Below, in pieces: positions 9,152-18,154 of a stretch of DNA of 58,194 bases (position 1 is its first letter; every line of letters begins with the position of its first letter). The notes beneath the pieces were generated by a model that saw nothing but the letters and a program-made list of their open reading frames with translations, was not told where the DNA came from and made no database searches. The DNA lies in IMG/VR virus record IMGVR_UViG_3300009466_000003, positions 1-58,194 of that record. One strand, written 5' to 3'. The position numbers and the translations under genes are program-made. The stretch is from a virus (taxonomy: Duplodnaviria; Caudoviricetes).

Positions 9152-11868
9152 TACGCAAATATACTGGCATCAATTGTGGTTGCTCTAACAATAGAGAACC
9201 CATACTTGAAAAATTCCACGCTGCTGTCTATCAAATATTTTCCACTGGTGGGTATTGATGTTGGAGATGTTGATCCGAGGTTTGCGCGTATAAAAGCTGT
9301 GTCGCTCGTATTGCCTCCATCGGTTGTTACCAATGATGAAAAAATAAAATAACTGGCAGTTTTGGCGGTTGCTATTGCTGTTGCGGAAACCGTTCTTGTT
9401 TCGTTGATATTAATATCTGAATGCAAACATGGCGGAATATTAATTGATATGGGGGTTATGGATCTTGAGAAATCCCTTTGTTTGGATTGATCTGTATATC
9501 CTCCAAATACTGATGGTTTGGGTTGTTGAACCGATATTGATGCAGTTACGCCGACTGTTATCCTAACTTCAACGCCCTTGCCAGTAATTGTGTGACTTTT
9601 AGGTTTGAAGGTGGGCCACTCCAGTGCGTTTACTTTTCCAAGGATTGCCGCCTTGGTTACGGGGTTTCTCAAAAAGAAAATATTGACTGTCGCTGGTATA
9701 TTCTGGCCCCACACATCTTTGAAGTTAAGATTAACAAGGGGTGTTGCCGAAGAATAGGACGAAGCCTCGCCCTTATCAGCGTTTGAAAATTGATATATTT
9801 CTCCAGCAGCAACTGGGGTGTTTTCATATGTTCCCTCTTGTGTTTTTTCATCCCACTCAATATCGATGGACTCCAAGACCCTTGGAAGATTCAGATTAAT
9901 AGTCGTTGGATGGGTTTGTAAAAATGAATTAAGATAAGACTCTATCTCGTTTTGATCATATTCTGTTACGAGATATCTGGTGTTATCTATGGGCGTGGCT
10001 TCAGAAGAGGACCCCACTGGGAGGGTCGTTGATATTTTTTCGGTGTATGGTATTTGAACGTCGAAAGATTCTTCATAATCAATACCATTAAGCTCTGGGA
10101 TACTTTTTTCGTCTCTTGTTGTGGTAGATTTTCTTACCCGAAATTCTGTAACTCTTTCTTCTGTTTTTTCCAGTTCGCCTTCTTCAAGAGACAAATCACT
10201 TAATGAATCTTGCTCGACAACTTCTTGTTCTGTTTTTGTTTCTACGCTTGCCCTGAATCTTTCTGGGAGAACATCTGGCTTTGAAACACTCAGCGTTTTG
10301 TTATCGAACGGCGCATCAACCCTGACTTCGGTTTTAATAGTCCGTCCATCTCCCAAAGCCTCAATAGATCCATCAATCAATAATGCATCTGGCTGAATGG
10401 ATTGTGCTTCGCTTGAAAGTCTCAGCGTTCTTTCGGCAAGCTGCCCTTGATTGGTTACAATAAACTCTGTGAGATCTGTCGTTGCCGAAACATCCCGATT
10501 GGTGACAGAGGTTCGCTTGATAAATTCCGTGACCTGTTCTTCTGACTTGGAAAATTCCCCCTCACCAAGAGATATGCTTGTGGATATTGTTCCAGCCACA
10601 CTCTCTTCGGTTATTGTGTCTTCTTGCTGCGCCTTAAATTTTTCGGGTGTAAGATCTGGTTTTGTTTTCCGTATGGTTTTATTTGGGAATACGTTTGGAA
10701 CCTCTACCTCCGTTTTTACTGTTCGCCCATCACCAAGTTCCTCAACACTGGCATCGATAAGTGTGGCTGATGGTGTAAATGATTGGGTTCCCGAAGACAG
10801 CGTAAGCGTTCTGGCTCCAATTTGTCCTTGCGGGGTCAGAACTTTTTCATTAAGTGTAACCGCCGAAGTAATGGAACGAGATGTGGTGGCGACTCGTTTG
10901 GTGAATTGATTGATCTGTTCTTCTGATTTTACAAACTCTCCCGCGCCCAAAATGATATTTGGATTGGCTGTTCCAGCAATTGTTTGCTCAAAAGTGGTGT
11001 CTGATTGCGCGGCTTTGAATTTCTGGGGAGTAATATCCTCTTTGGTTTTTCGGTATACTGCCGCACCAAAAACTTCAGGAACTTCAACAACTCGTTCGAC
11101 CAAGGATTCGGCGTCTTCCCGCGAAACTTCCACAGTCCTTGTCGCGCTTGGACTTGGCGGAATATATCCATCAGCCCCCTTTCGTTGGGTGGTGACAGTT
11201 GCCAGTTGTCGGGCTTCGTCGGTAGCTTTTCCAATCAGTTGCGGGCCGTCCACCGAATAAGTCTGGACAATCTTTACCGAAAGAAATTCATTGTAAGGTT
11301 CGTAGGAAGTCTGAGTGATGACTCCGTTGACGTTCTCCAGAGACCCGACCTCTTCTCCTGTGGGGACAAAGAGTTGTCGGCGTTCTTGGACGGGACCGCG
11401 GGATGCATCATAAAAATCCCGATCCCGAACAGGGAAAAGGGAATTGCCATCATCGTCGGTTTCAATCGACCAAGTCTCCTCAATTTCGGTATAGACAATA
11501 GCCGAACCCTCGCGGGCCTCGTAGGTAACCCGTTTGTCGGCGGTAAGGCTGGCTACTTGTCCTTCGTTTTTAACAGAGCGGCGTCTACCTTGAATCGGGC
11601 CTAGATCATCATCGTAGCGGGTAAACGGCACCCAAGGAGATGGAAGGATCTCGTAGACATGGGTAACAATCTGATCTCCCGAAGACGGTTGGGCACCCGT
11701 AAAAACATGGTTGGGGTAACGTTTGGAATCGGGGTGAGGGCTAAGATCTTCTGGAACCCTGTAGCCAGCAACGCGAGGATCTTTTTTAATCCCGATTACA
11801 GGGAAATCGCGGTCATTGGCCGCATAGGAGACAACGTAGAATTTGTCAAAAGGAGGATAGGAAGCCAT
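9151..11868 (-). CDS. 905-aa putative tail protein with three ~125-aa internal repeats
   Basis: Thr/Glu/Val-rich beta-type sequence; repeat unit LGDGRTxKTEV...KxKPDxxPExF(K/R)A...L(G/E)xGExxKxEExxxxFxxR. Confidence 0.6.
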   Translation of the reverse strand: MASYPPFDKFYVVSYAANDRDFPVIGIKKDPRVAGYRVPEDLSPHPDSKRYPNHVFTGAQPSSGDQIVTHVYEILPSPWVPFTRYDDDLGPIQGRRRSVKNEGQVASLTADKRVTYEAREGSAIVYTEIEETWSIETDDDGNSLFPVRDRDFYDASRGPVQERRQLFVPTGEEVGSLENVNGVITQTSYEPYNEFLSVKIVQTYSVDGPQLIGKATDEARQLATVTTQRKGADGYIPPSPSATRTVEVSREDAESLVERVVEVPEVFGAAVYRKTKEDITPQKFKAAQSDTTFEQTIAGTANPNIILGAGEFVKSEEQINQFTKRVATTSRSITSAVTLNEKVLTPQGQIGARTLTLSSGTQSFTPSATLIDASVEELGDGRTVKTEVEVPNVFPNKTIRKTKPDLTPEKFKAQQEDTITEESVAGTISTSISLGEGEFSKSEEQVTEFIKRTSVTNRDVSATTDLTEFIVTNQGQLAERTLRLSSEAQSIQPDALLIDGSIEALGDGRTIKTEVRVDAPFDNKTLSVSKPDVLPERFRASVETKTEQEVVEQDSLSDLSLEEGELEKTEERVTEFRVRKSTTTRDEKSIPELNGIDYEESFDVQIPYTEKISTTLPVGSSSEATPIDNTRYLVTEYDQNEIESYLNSFLQTHPTTINLNLPRVLESIDIEWDEKTQEGTYENTPVAAGEIYQFSNADKGEASSYSSATPLVNLNFKDVWGQNIPATVNIFFLRNPVTKAAILGKVNALEWPTFKPKSHTITGKGVEVRITVGVTASISVQQPKPSVFGGYTDQSKQRDFSRSITPISINIPPCLHSDININETRTVSATAIATAKTASYFIFSSLVTTDGGNTSDTAFIRANLGSTSPTSIPTSGKYLIDSSVEFFKYGFSIVRATTIDASIFA

Positions 11869-11879
11869 TTGGTCACGAA

Positions 11880-11908
11880 AACTTACTCTAAAAAAGGTTG
11901 AGCGGCAA
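11880..11908 (-). promoter_or_regulatory. Promoter for the tail-like operon, very short leader
   Basis: Minus strand TTGCCG-17-TAAGTT ending 11 nt before the ATG. Confidence 0.5.
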
Positions 11909-11921
11909 GATGATTTTCCGC

Positions 11922-11949
11922 TTGCATTGATTAATGGCTATGCTAGATT
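11922..11949 (+). promoter_or_regulatory. Promoter for the intergenic sRNA
   Basis: TTGCAT-16-TAGATT with extended -10 TG. Confidence 0.55.
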
Positions 11950-11955
11950 ACCACC

Positions 11956-12031
11956 TTGGAAGGCCACTCGGTCTTCCTGTTTTCATGTGTGTGGGGCGGG
12001 GTCGGGCTAAAAACTCGGCCCCGCTTTTTTT
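11956..12031 (+). ncRNA. Putative ~76-nt sRNA: hairpin, 17-nt single-stranded segment, intrinsic terminator
   Basis: GGAAGGCC/GGTCTTCC stem; linker TGTTTTCATGTGTGTGG; GCGGGGTCGGG/CTCGGCCCCGC stem plus T7; no upstream + strand gene to terminate. Confidence 0.6.
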
Positions 12032-12078
12032 GAACGCTTGACAAGTTGGGTTGTCGGATCTACTGAATCCTTATCAAT

Positions 12079-12705
12079 ATGGCATATCAATCCAACAAAC
12101 CTAAAGACCCACCACTCTACCACAGCAACCTCGTCAAAGGAGGCCCGAAACTTGTGTCAATCAAGTCGGCTCCTAAATGGGTGAAGCAGAACACCTTATG
12201 CGTAATCGAAGTTATTGTGGACGGCGTGACCCATGTCTACTTCACGGAAAACCGCGACATCGCCTCCAAGTTTCAGCAATATGTGGGCAAGTCAGTAGTC
12301 TTGATTGCCTCTGGCAACTCCAAGCAGAAGACTGATTCCATGGAGATCCAGCCTGCTGGGGTGCCCGCCTCCAGCCTTCCCGCCGCCCAGAGTGCCCCGC
12401 AATCGCCTCAGAAGCCCGTAGAACAGGTTATTACGGCCCCAGCCCACAAGGACAAGGAAGCCAAGCAATTCCTCTGTCAGGCGGCAAATCTGATGCGCCT
12501 ATGCGTCAAGAAGGCCAACGACATTGCGGTGGAACTTAACCTTCCCGAACAACACCGTCAGGGAATTGCGACCACGTTATTTATTCAAGCAGACCGACAA
12601 GGACATATTGCGGCCATGCCCATCACGGCGTATACTCCCGAACAATTGGGTTTCGGGGCAAGCAAGGCCGAATCCCTCAAGAACCCCGAACCAAACAATG
12701 ACTGA
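12079..12705 (+). CDS. Hypothetical protein, possibly ssDNA-binding/recombination
   Basis: Beta-rich N-domain, Pro/Ala/Gln linker, helical C-domain; TTGACA at 12038; upstream of the exonuclease. Confidence 0.5.
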   Translation: MAYQSNKPKDPPLYHSNLVKGGPKLVSIKSAPKWVKQNTLCVIEVIVDGVTHVYFTENRDIASKFQQYVGKSVVLIASGNSKQKTDSMEIQPAGVPASSLPAAQSAPQSPQKPVEQVITAPAHKDKEAKQFLCQAANLMRLCVKKANDIAVELNLPEQHRQGIATTLFIQADRQGHIAAMPITAYTPEQLGFGASKAESLKNPEPNND

Positions 12706-12955
12706 TGAACGAGAGCGCGGCATCGAAATTCTGTCGCATGATAAGGGATCATTCCTCGTTCAGAGTCGCACCAATAGAGAAGACTACTACATGGTGGAGT
12801 TCACTACCGATGAGGCGGGAGACATCACGGGGTGTGCCTGCTCTTGTCCAAGCTATCAATTCCGCAAAGAGTGCTTCCACATCCGCTACCTCTGCAAACT
12901 CTTGGGCGTCGAAACGCCGAAGCCAACAAACAACAACCAACTAATAGCAGCATAG
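12698..12955 (+). CDS. SWIM zinc-finger protein
   Basis: CSCPSY...ECFHI (CxC...CxH). Confidence 0.75.
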   Translation: MTDERERGIEILSHDKGSFLVQSRTNREDYYMVEFTTDEAGDITGCACSCPSYQFRKECFHIRYLCKLLGVETPKPTNNNQLIAA

Positions 12956-12958
12956 AAT

Positions 12959-13120
12959 ATGAAAAAATCCAAGGGACAAAAGAAAGTGGCAACCGTCATG
13001 CGCGAATACAGCAAGGGCAAACTCAAAAGTAGTTCGGGCCAAAAGGTGACCAACCCTCGCCAAGCGCGAGCAATTGCAATGTCGGAAGCTGGACTCAGTA
13101 AAAAAAAGAAGGGCAAATAA
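12959..13120 (+). CDS. 53-aa basic DUF6496-like protein (not in ORF track)
   Basis: KVATVMREYSKGKLKSSSGQKVTNPRQARAIAMSEAG. Confidence 0.75.
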   Translation: MKKSKGQKKVATVMREYSKGKLKSSSGQKVTNPRQARAIAMSEAGLSKKKKGK

Positions 13121-13126
13121 TCCTTT

Positions 13127-13198
13127 GGCGGGGTGCGCTACTGTTCGCAAGGACGTAGTTGCGCTTAATATGGGGTCGCTCCATGCCCCGCTCTTTTT
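13127..13198 (+). terminator. Three-way-junction RNA element ending in a U-tract
   Basis: Outer GGCGGGGT/GCCCCGCT stem enclosing a GCAA-tetraloop hairpin and an ATGGGG/CTCCAT hairpin, then CTTTTT. Confidence 0.5.
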
Positions 13199-13231
13199 GA
13201 ACAAATCAATCACACACCTGTCAAAGCACAT

Positions 13232-13705
13232 ATGATCACAAAATCTTCATGGAGGATTAACAATCTCTTGCAATGGCGTGATAAAAATCCAGAGCTATAC
13301 AAAGAGAAGTGGCTCAAGGGGATTCGGAGTTCTAAGAAAATAAAAGAAGCGGCGAGGATTGTGTCTTTTAAATATCGCAAAAAAGCAACCATAACCAGAC
13401 TTGCCCTTCCTAAATTTCAAAAGGGAGAACAGCATTTTCGTTCTTCTGTTTGGAGGTTTCGTTCTCCCAAGAATGTTGTTTATGAATTTAAAAACTTGTC
13501 GGAATTTTTACGCACTCATGGCAATCTTTTTGATATTAAAGATTTACAGTGGAAACGTCTTGGGACATCAGATTTATGTAATGCTTATAAATGTCTTTCG
13601 GCGCTTCGCCCACACCTTTCAAATGGAACCCCGAAACAAAAAGTTGCGGGATCTTGGAAGGGATGGCGCTGGTATGCCAGCAAAGAAGTAGAGGAAAAAC
13701 TATGA
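13232..13705 (+). CDS. Basic NUMOD-like DNA-binding protein (homing-endonuclease derived)
   Basis: AT-rich; WRFRSPKNVVYEFKNLSEF...SWKGWRW; no nuclease core recognised. Confidence 0.5.
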   Translation: MITKSSWRINNLLQWRDKNPELYKEKWLKGIRSSKKIKEAARIVSFKYRKKATITRLALPKFQKGEQHFRSSVWRFRSPKNVVYEFKNLSEFLRTHGNLFDIKDLQWKRLGTSDLCNAYKCLSALRPHLSNGTPKQKVAGSWKGWRWYASKEVEEKL

Positions 13706-14574
13706 CCATATCGAATATCTACAATCTCCCCCAGCCGTTCGTTGACTTGGTCAGCGAGTCTTCGTATTCGGCGGGGGAGGCTGATATTACTACAACAAGT
13801 CTCTTCCAACCTCCGAAGATTCGGGAGTTGATGAAACGGCATGGGGACAAAATTACTGAGGATGCGTCTGATAGAGTCTGGGTAATGCTTGGAACCGCTA
13901 ATCATTATGTTTTAGAGAAGATAGCAAAGAAAAACCCCGAAAGATACATTTGTGAACAGAGGTATTACATGGATGTGGACGGCGTGAAACTCGGAGGCCA
14001 GATCGACCTCTATGACAAGCAAGAGCAAATCCTTTATGACTACAAGGTCAGCAGTGTCTACAAGGCCATGAGCGATGATCGCTTTGAGTGGACGGCACAA
14101 GCGGCGGTCAACCGACTGCTATTGGAACATAATGGTTATCCAGTCAAGCGTTCTGCCATCATCTTGGTAATGAAGGATTTCCGTTTGCGGGATTCCAAGA
14201 TCAAAGCCGACTATCCGAAGTGTCCTGTGGTGGAAATCAAGCTGGATGCGTGGAAGCCCGAAGAAACATTTGCATATATCAAAAGTCGGATTACACTCCA
14301 CCAGCAAGCCAAAGACCTTCCCGATGACCAGATCCCGATCTGCACACCAGAAGAGCGGTGGGAAAAACCCACCATCTATGCAGTCCTTCCGAAAGAAGGA
14401 GCGAAACGTGCCGTTAATGGAGGGCTGTACGAATCTGAATCTGAGGCTTTGCTCCACGCAAAAAGAATTTCTGGTGCCGTCGAGAGACGGGAGGGGAGTT
14501 GTACGAGGTGTCTGGACTTCTGTCGCGTTAGGCAATACTGTTCATTCGGAAAAACCCTAAAAACCAACCAATAA
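13702..14574 (+). CDS. PD-(D/E)XK exonuclease (Cas4/RecB-like, Cys-rich C-terminus)
   Basis: LGGQIDLYD...YDYK motif; CTPEERW and RCLDFCRVRQYC. Confidence 0.85.
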   Translation: MTISNIYNLPQPFVDLVSESSYSAGEADITTTSLFQPPKIRELMKRHGDKITEDASDRVWVMLGTANHYVLEKIAKKNPERYICEQRYYMDVDGVKLGGQIDLYDKQEQILYDYKVSSVYKAMSDDRFEWTAQAAVNRLLLEHNGYPVKRSAIILVMKDFRLRDSKIKADYPKCPVVEIKLDAWKPEETFAYIKSRITLHQQAKDLPDDQIPICTPEERWEKPTIYAVLPKEGAKRAVNGGLYESESEALLHAKRISGAVERREGSCTRCLDFCRVRQYCSFGKTLKTNQ

Positions 14575-14576
14575 CT

Positions 14577-14810
14577 ATGAAAAAGAAATTTAGCAAAACA
14601 GTAACCAACCCCGATACGGGGCGAAAGAAGACCGTCAAATACGGAGCAAAAGGCAGCAAGATTGGGCCTATTGGCAGCGCCCGTGCCGATGCCTACTGTG
14701 CCCGAAGCAACAAGATTAAGGGCAATTGGCGCAATGATCCCAACTCTCCTAATCGCCTTTCCCGCAAGAAATGGGGATGCCAAGGAAGCAAATCAGTCAA
14801 AAAGAAATAA
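14577..14810 (+). CDS. Small basic phage protein (DUF6321-like)
   Basis: KTVKYGAKG...AYCARS...PNSPNRLSRKKWGC. Confidence 0.65.
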   Translation: MKKKFSKTVTNPDTGRKKTVKYGAKGSKIGPIGSARADAYCARSNKIKGNWRNDPNSPNRLSRKKWGCQGSKSVKKK

Positions 14811-14815
14811 CCACT

Positions 14816-14953
14816 ATGAAAAAACGAGGACTATACGACAACATCAATGCAAGGAAAAAGGCTGGCACCAGCCGCCCGAAATCCAAATCCACCATCGATC
14901 CCAAGGTCTACAAGAAGATGAAGGCCAAGAAGGGTGGGTTCAAAGAAAAATGA
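14816..14953 (+). CDS. 45-aa Lys-rich protein
   Basis: MKKRGLYDNINARKKAGTSRPKSKSTI; coupled to the next gene. Confidence 0.6.
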   Translation: MKKRGLYDNINARKKAGTSRPKSKSTIDPKVYKKMKAKKGGFKEK

Positions 14954-15177
14954 AACCACATCCAGACGATAGTATCTTCAAGGTCAAAGACTTCATCAAC
15001 GAACTCTCAAGGGTTCAGGATGCCTACTTTGAATCCCTTTGCTTTGAGCTTGGATTAGATGGCGAAGATCAACTCCGAGATCATCTATTCGACTATATCT
15101 ATAACGAAACAGAGATGATCACCTTTGGAGAATATTTGGATAAGTTTGGTATCGGGGATCTTTGGGACGGGCTGTGA
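14950..15177 (+). CDS. Hypothetical acidic protein
   Basis: ATGA and GTGA coupling to its neighbours. Confidence 0.6.
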   Translation: MKPHPDDSIFKVKDFINELSRVQDAYFESLCFELGLDGEDQLRDHLFDYIYNETEMITFGEYLDKFGIGDLWDGL

Positions 15178-15959
15178 CCCTCAACATATTCACGATTGTC
15201 CTTGATGGCTCTCCGTGGATCGGGGCGCAGTTTGCGGAGTTGTGCCGATTAAGAGACGTTGACTGGCATTGGTCGATTGTTGAGGGTGCGGCGATGCCCG
15301 TCAAAGATACGGGATGGATGGGCAACCAGACGGGAAAAGTCTCCCATGATGGAACCCATCAATTTTTACAAGCCCTAGCTTCCCATCCCCGAATCACGGT
15401 TAATAGCAAGTCGGAATGGGGTGGTAAAACGGAGATGATCAATGCGGCGTTGACCGCCTTTAAAAAAGACGGCGTCTTACTCCAAATGGATAGTGATGAG
15501 TTGTGGACGTTCCACCAAATGATTGAACTCCTATATCTGTTTGAGAAAAATCCCGAAGCCAATACCGCACAGTTTGAAATGGATTACATGCTTGGGCCGA
15601 ATGTAAAATCAACATCCACAGATGGTTACGGTAACAGAAAGAGTGAATGGATTCGGGCTTGGCGGTATAGTGTCGGGCTTTGGATGGAGCGCCATGAACC
15701 TCCCGTGTTCAACGGTAATCGCGGACAACTCCTAGATCGCGGCAAGACCTCAATGAGTGTAGGCAAAATCCTCCACATGGCATGGGTAACCCCGCAACAA
15801 GTAGCCCAGAAACAACGTATATACAAAGGTGGATACGAGAATGCCTGCGAGGATTGGGACAGACTTCAAAAGAATACGCAATGGCCCGTCAAGGATCTCA
15901 AACAGTTTCTACCATGGGTTGGTAGCGGGGCTTCGGCTGATTTACTTTTCAAGCAATAA
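15174..15959 (+). CDS. GT-A fold glycosyltransferase-like protein
   Basis: IFTIVLDG, IVEG, SHDGT, QMDSDELW (DxD) and HE motifs. Confidence 0.75.
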   Translation: MTLNIFTIVLDGSPWIGAQFAELCRLRDVDWHWSIVEGAAMPVKDTGWMGNQTGKVSHDGTHQFLQALASHPRITVNSKSEWGGKTEMINAALTAFKKDGVLLQMDSDELWTFHQMIELLYLFEKNPEANTAQFEMDYMLGPNVKSTSTDGYGNRKSEWIRAWRYSVGLWMERHEPPVFNGNRGQLLDRGKTSMSVGKILHMAWVTPQQVAQKQRIYKGGYENACEDWDRLQKNTQWPVKDLKQFLPWVGSGASADLLFKQ

Positions 15960-15966
15960 TCCGCTA

Positions 15967-15995
15967 TTGACCTTCTAGAGAAGGCATGGTAATTT
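15967..15995 (+). promoter_or_regulatory. Promoter of the virion/ejection operon with an inverted repeat over the spacer
   Basis: TTGACC-17-TAATTT, extended -10 TG; CCTTCT-ag-AGAAGG at 15971-15984. Confidence 0.65.
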
Positions 15996-16005
15996 CGCGG
16001 GCAAA

Positions 16006-16980
16006 ATGTCCTCATTGACCCTTGGCCTAGCCGTAGAACGTTTACCTTCTTCTGTTGTCCCTCAACCCGATCCGCCCGATCTGGAGGGATTTGACGCGCA
16101 GGCCGAACTGCGAAGCAACATCAATCGTGTTTTAGAACGCCTGTACTCAGAGGGGAAATGGGAGGGTTTGCTCGTTCAGGCTACCATTACGGCTTACGAG
16201 GACGCCAACGACAACAAATTTATTACTCTCCCGCGCCATCTGGAGACTTGTATTCGGGCGGGAAAATCGGGCTACAAGACCGTAGCCGTACAGAGCGAGT
16301 GGTATCAGTATCTGCCCCAAGGGCGCGGTATCCGCAAATCGGACGAGAAATACTACGGCCCCATCCAAGACATGGGAGAAGGCTTTGTTACATTTCGGGA
16401 CATTGAGACCGCATCACAACTTACCCTATCTAGCAGCGAGACCGAATGTGCAGGAAGCTACATCTGGATTCGCGGAAAGGACTCAAATGGGAATAAAATT
16501 TATTCTACAGTGGATGGAGAACGAGTGGAGGGAATTCGTCTTGACCTTGGAGGCGGAACCCAAACCACCTCCGAGACGTTTGCGGAGATCTATTCTGTCG
16601 AGAAAACCCCTACCACGGGCGTCATCTCTCTATCGGCTGGGGCGACCACCTTGGCCAAATATGAGGCGGGGGAACGCGCTATAAGCTACCGCCGCTATCT
16701 GGTGGATCGCAATTGGGATAGCGTCCAAGGCATCTTCAAGCGCAAGCATTGCTGGGCCATCAGCGACAATGATCCGCTTTATCCCGACTCGCTGGAAGCT
16801 ATCAAGCTTGGTCTCATGGCCCTCAACGCCGAAGAAAAAGCCGATGTCGAGCGCGGACAATATTACATGGACAGAGCAATTTTACTTCTCAACGCCGAAC
16901 TAAAAGAGTATAACGCAGGGCAAGAAGGGGTTATGCAAATCGCTCCTTGGCTCACCCGCCGACTCGTAAACATGACTTGA
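16006..16980 (+). CDS. Putative head-tail adaptor/tail tubular protein
   Basis: 324 aa, helix-beta-helix layout, first gene of the ejection-protein operon. Confidence 0.45.
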   Translation: MSSLTLGLAVERLPSSVVPQPDPPDLEGFDAQAELRSNINRVLERLYSEGKWEGLLVQATITAYEDANDNKFITLPRHLETCIRAGKSGYKTVAVQSEWYQYLPQGRGIRKSDEKYYGPIQDMGEGFVTFRDIETASQLTLSSSETECAGSYIWIRGKDSNGNKIYSTVDGERVEGIRLDLGGGTQTTSETFAEIYSVEKTPTTGVISLSAGATTLAKYEAGERAISYRRYLVDRNWDSVQGIFKRKHCWAISDNDPLYPDSLEAIKLGLMALNAEEKADVERGQYYMDRAILLLNAELKEYNAGQEGVMQIAPWLTRRLVNMT

Positions 16981-16981
16981 T

Positions 16982-18154
16982 ATGCCAGAAACCGAAGAAC
17001 AGCGCAGACTTAGGCAAGCCGATCAGGCTGCAAGAACCATGTTTAATGTGTTCCCACAGGGCGTTGGAGAACGTGTTGGCGGTGCGGCACAAGCTGTAGC
17101 TGGAGCGGTTGGATCTGCCATTAATCGTTTTTCAAATCCATTTGGCGCATTGGCTTCAGATATCGGCGCAGCAAGACAAGCTGTTTCTGGAACAAGACTC
17201 ATTGGTCGCAGAGAGCCAGCGCAAGAAGTCGCTACAGCCCCTACACCAGTTCTTCCAAGTGGAACACCAATGGTTGGATTTGATGCTTATCCTACAATTC
17301 CGCAATCAATCCCTCAAACCGCAAGTGCTACGGCCCCACAACCAGCGACACCGCTAGTGTCTCCGAGTGTCCCAGCGTTTCCGACCACGGGAATGGGACT
17401 TATGGGAAATGAAAATATTAGACCGCTACCTACTGAGCAATTTGCCGCAATGGGACGCATTGAGCCGACATTGGCTGATCGCGGAAAAGTTAGCACAGAT
17501 ATTACTGGAATGCAACGCGCAACGCCGATTCAAACTCCCTACGGAACCATTTATGCCACACCAGAGCAACAAGCGAATCTGCAAAGAACTCGCACTGTTG
17601 CCCAACAAAGCTCCAGATCTCCCGCCGAACAGCAGGCTTTAATCGCACAAATTCGTCAGCAGGGCGCAGACTTGGGTCAGAAAGGACTTCAAGGGCAAGA
17701 GCAATTCTTCGCTCAAAAGCGAGCAGAGCGTGAGGCGTTGCGTTCCGCAGAAAGTGCTGCAAGAGCTAGTGGTGTTCGCTCGATGGACATTATGCGAGCG
17801 AGAGCGGCGACACAGCCATCATCCACACTTGCTGGCATTCGTGGTCAAGCATTTGAATATTCACAACGTCTTCCATCAGAAGGATTACAGCAAAGCGTCA
17901 CTTCTGCATTTAATAGATTTCTTCCTGCTGGTGGAAGCAGACCTCTTCCCGCTGGTCCAATGGGACCAAGTGGTTATGCTTTATACGAGCGCCAGCGCAT
18001 GGCCAGAGGATCATCTAACCCTTACTCAAACGTAGAGGCGGAGCGAAGGCGCAGGACGAGAAACATCGCAATATCACAGGGGCTTCAGCCAGCACTCAGT
18101 CTCCCAGTTCAAGAAAAACAAGAGGATTATTTTCGCCGCAGGGGGTTGATGTAA
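16982..18154 (+). CDS. Putative internal virion (ejection) protein
   Basis: Ala/Gln/Pro-rich low complexity; precedes the giant protein. Confidence 0.5.
   Translation: MPETEEQRRLRQADQAARTMFNVFPQGVGERVGGAAQAVAGAVGSAINRFSNPFGALASDIGAARQAVSGTRLIGRREPAQEVATAPTPVLPSGTPMVGFDAYPTIPQSIPQTASATAPQPATPLVSPSVPAFPTTGMGLMGNENIRPLPTEQFAAMGRIEPTLADRGKVSTDITGMQRATPIQTPYGTIYATPEQQANLQRTRTVAQQSSRSPAEQQALIAQIRQQGADLGQKGLQGQEQFFAQKRAEREALRSAESAARASGVRSMDIMRARAATQPSSTLAGIRGQAFEYSQRLPSEGLQQSVTSAFNRFLPAGGSRPLPAGPMGPSGYALYERQRMARGSSNPYSNVEAERRRRTRNIAISQGLQPALSLPVQEKQEDYFRRRGLM

Noticed and set aside
2380-11868. Diversity-generating retroelement acting on fibre genes
   Set aside because: No reverse transcriptase and no template/variable repeat pair seen
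11948-11986. Minus-strand mini-ORF MKTGRPSGLPRW as a leader peptide
   Set aside because: The downstream gene has its own adjacent promoter and the promoter/terminator polarity favours a + strand sRNA; kept only as an alternative explanation
13702-14574. Cas4-like nuclease as evidence of a CRISPR system
   Set aside because: No repeat-spacer array or other cas genes seen; solo Cas4-like exonucleases are common in phages
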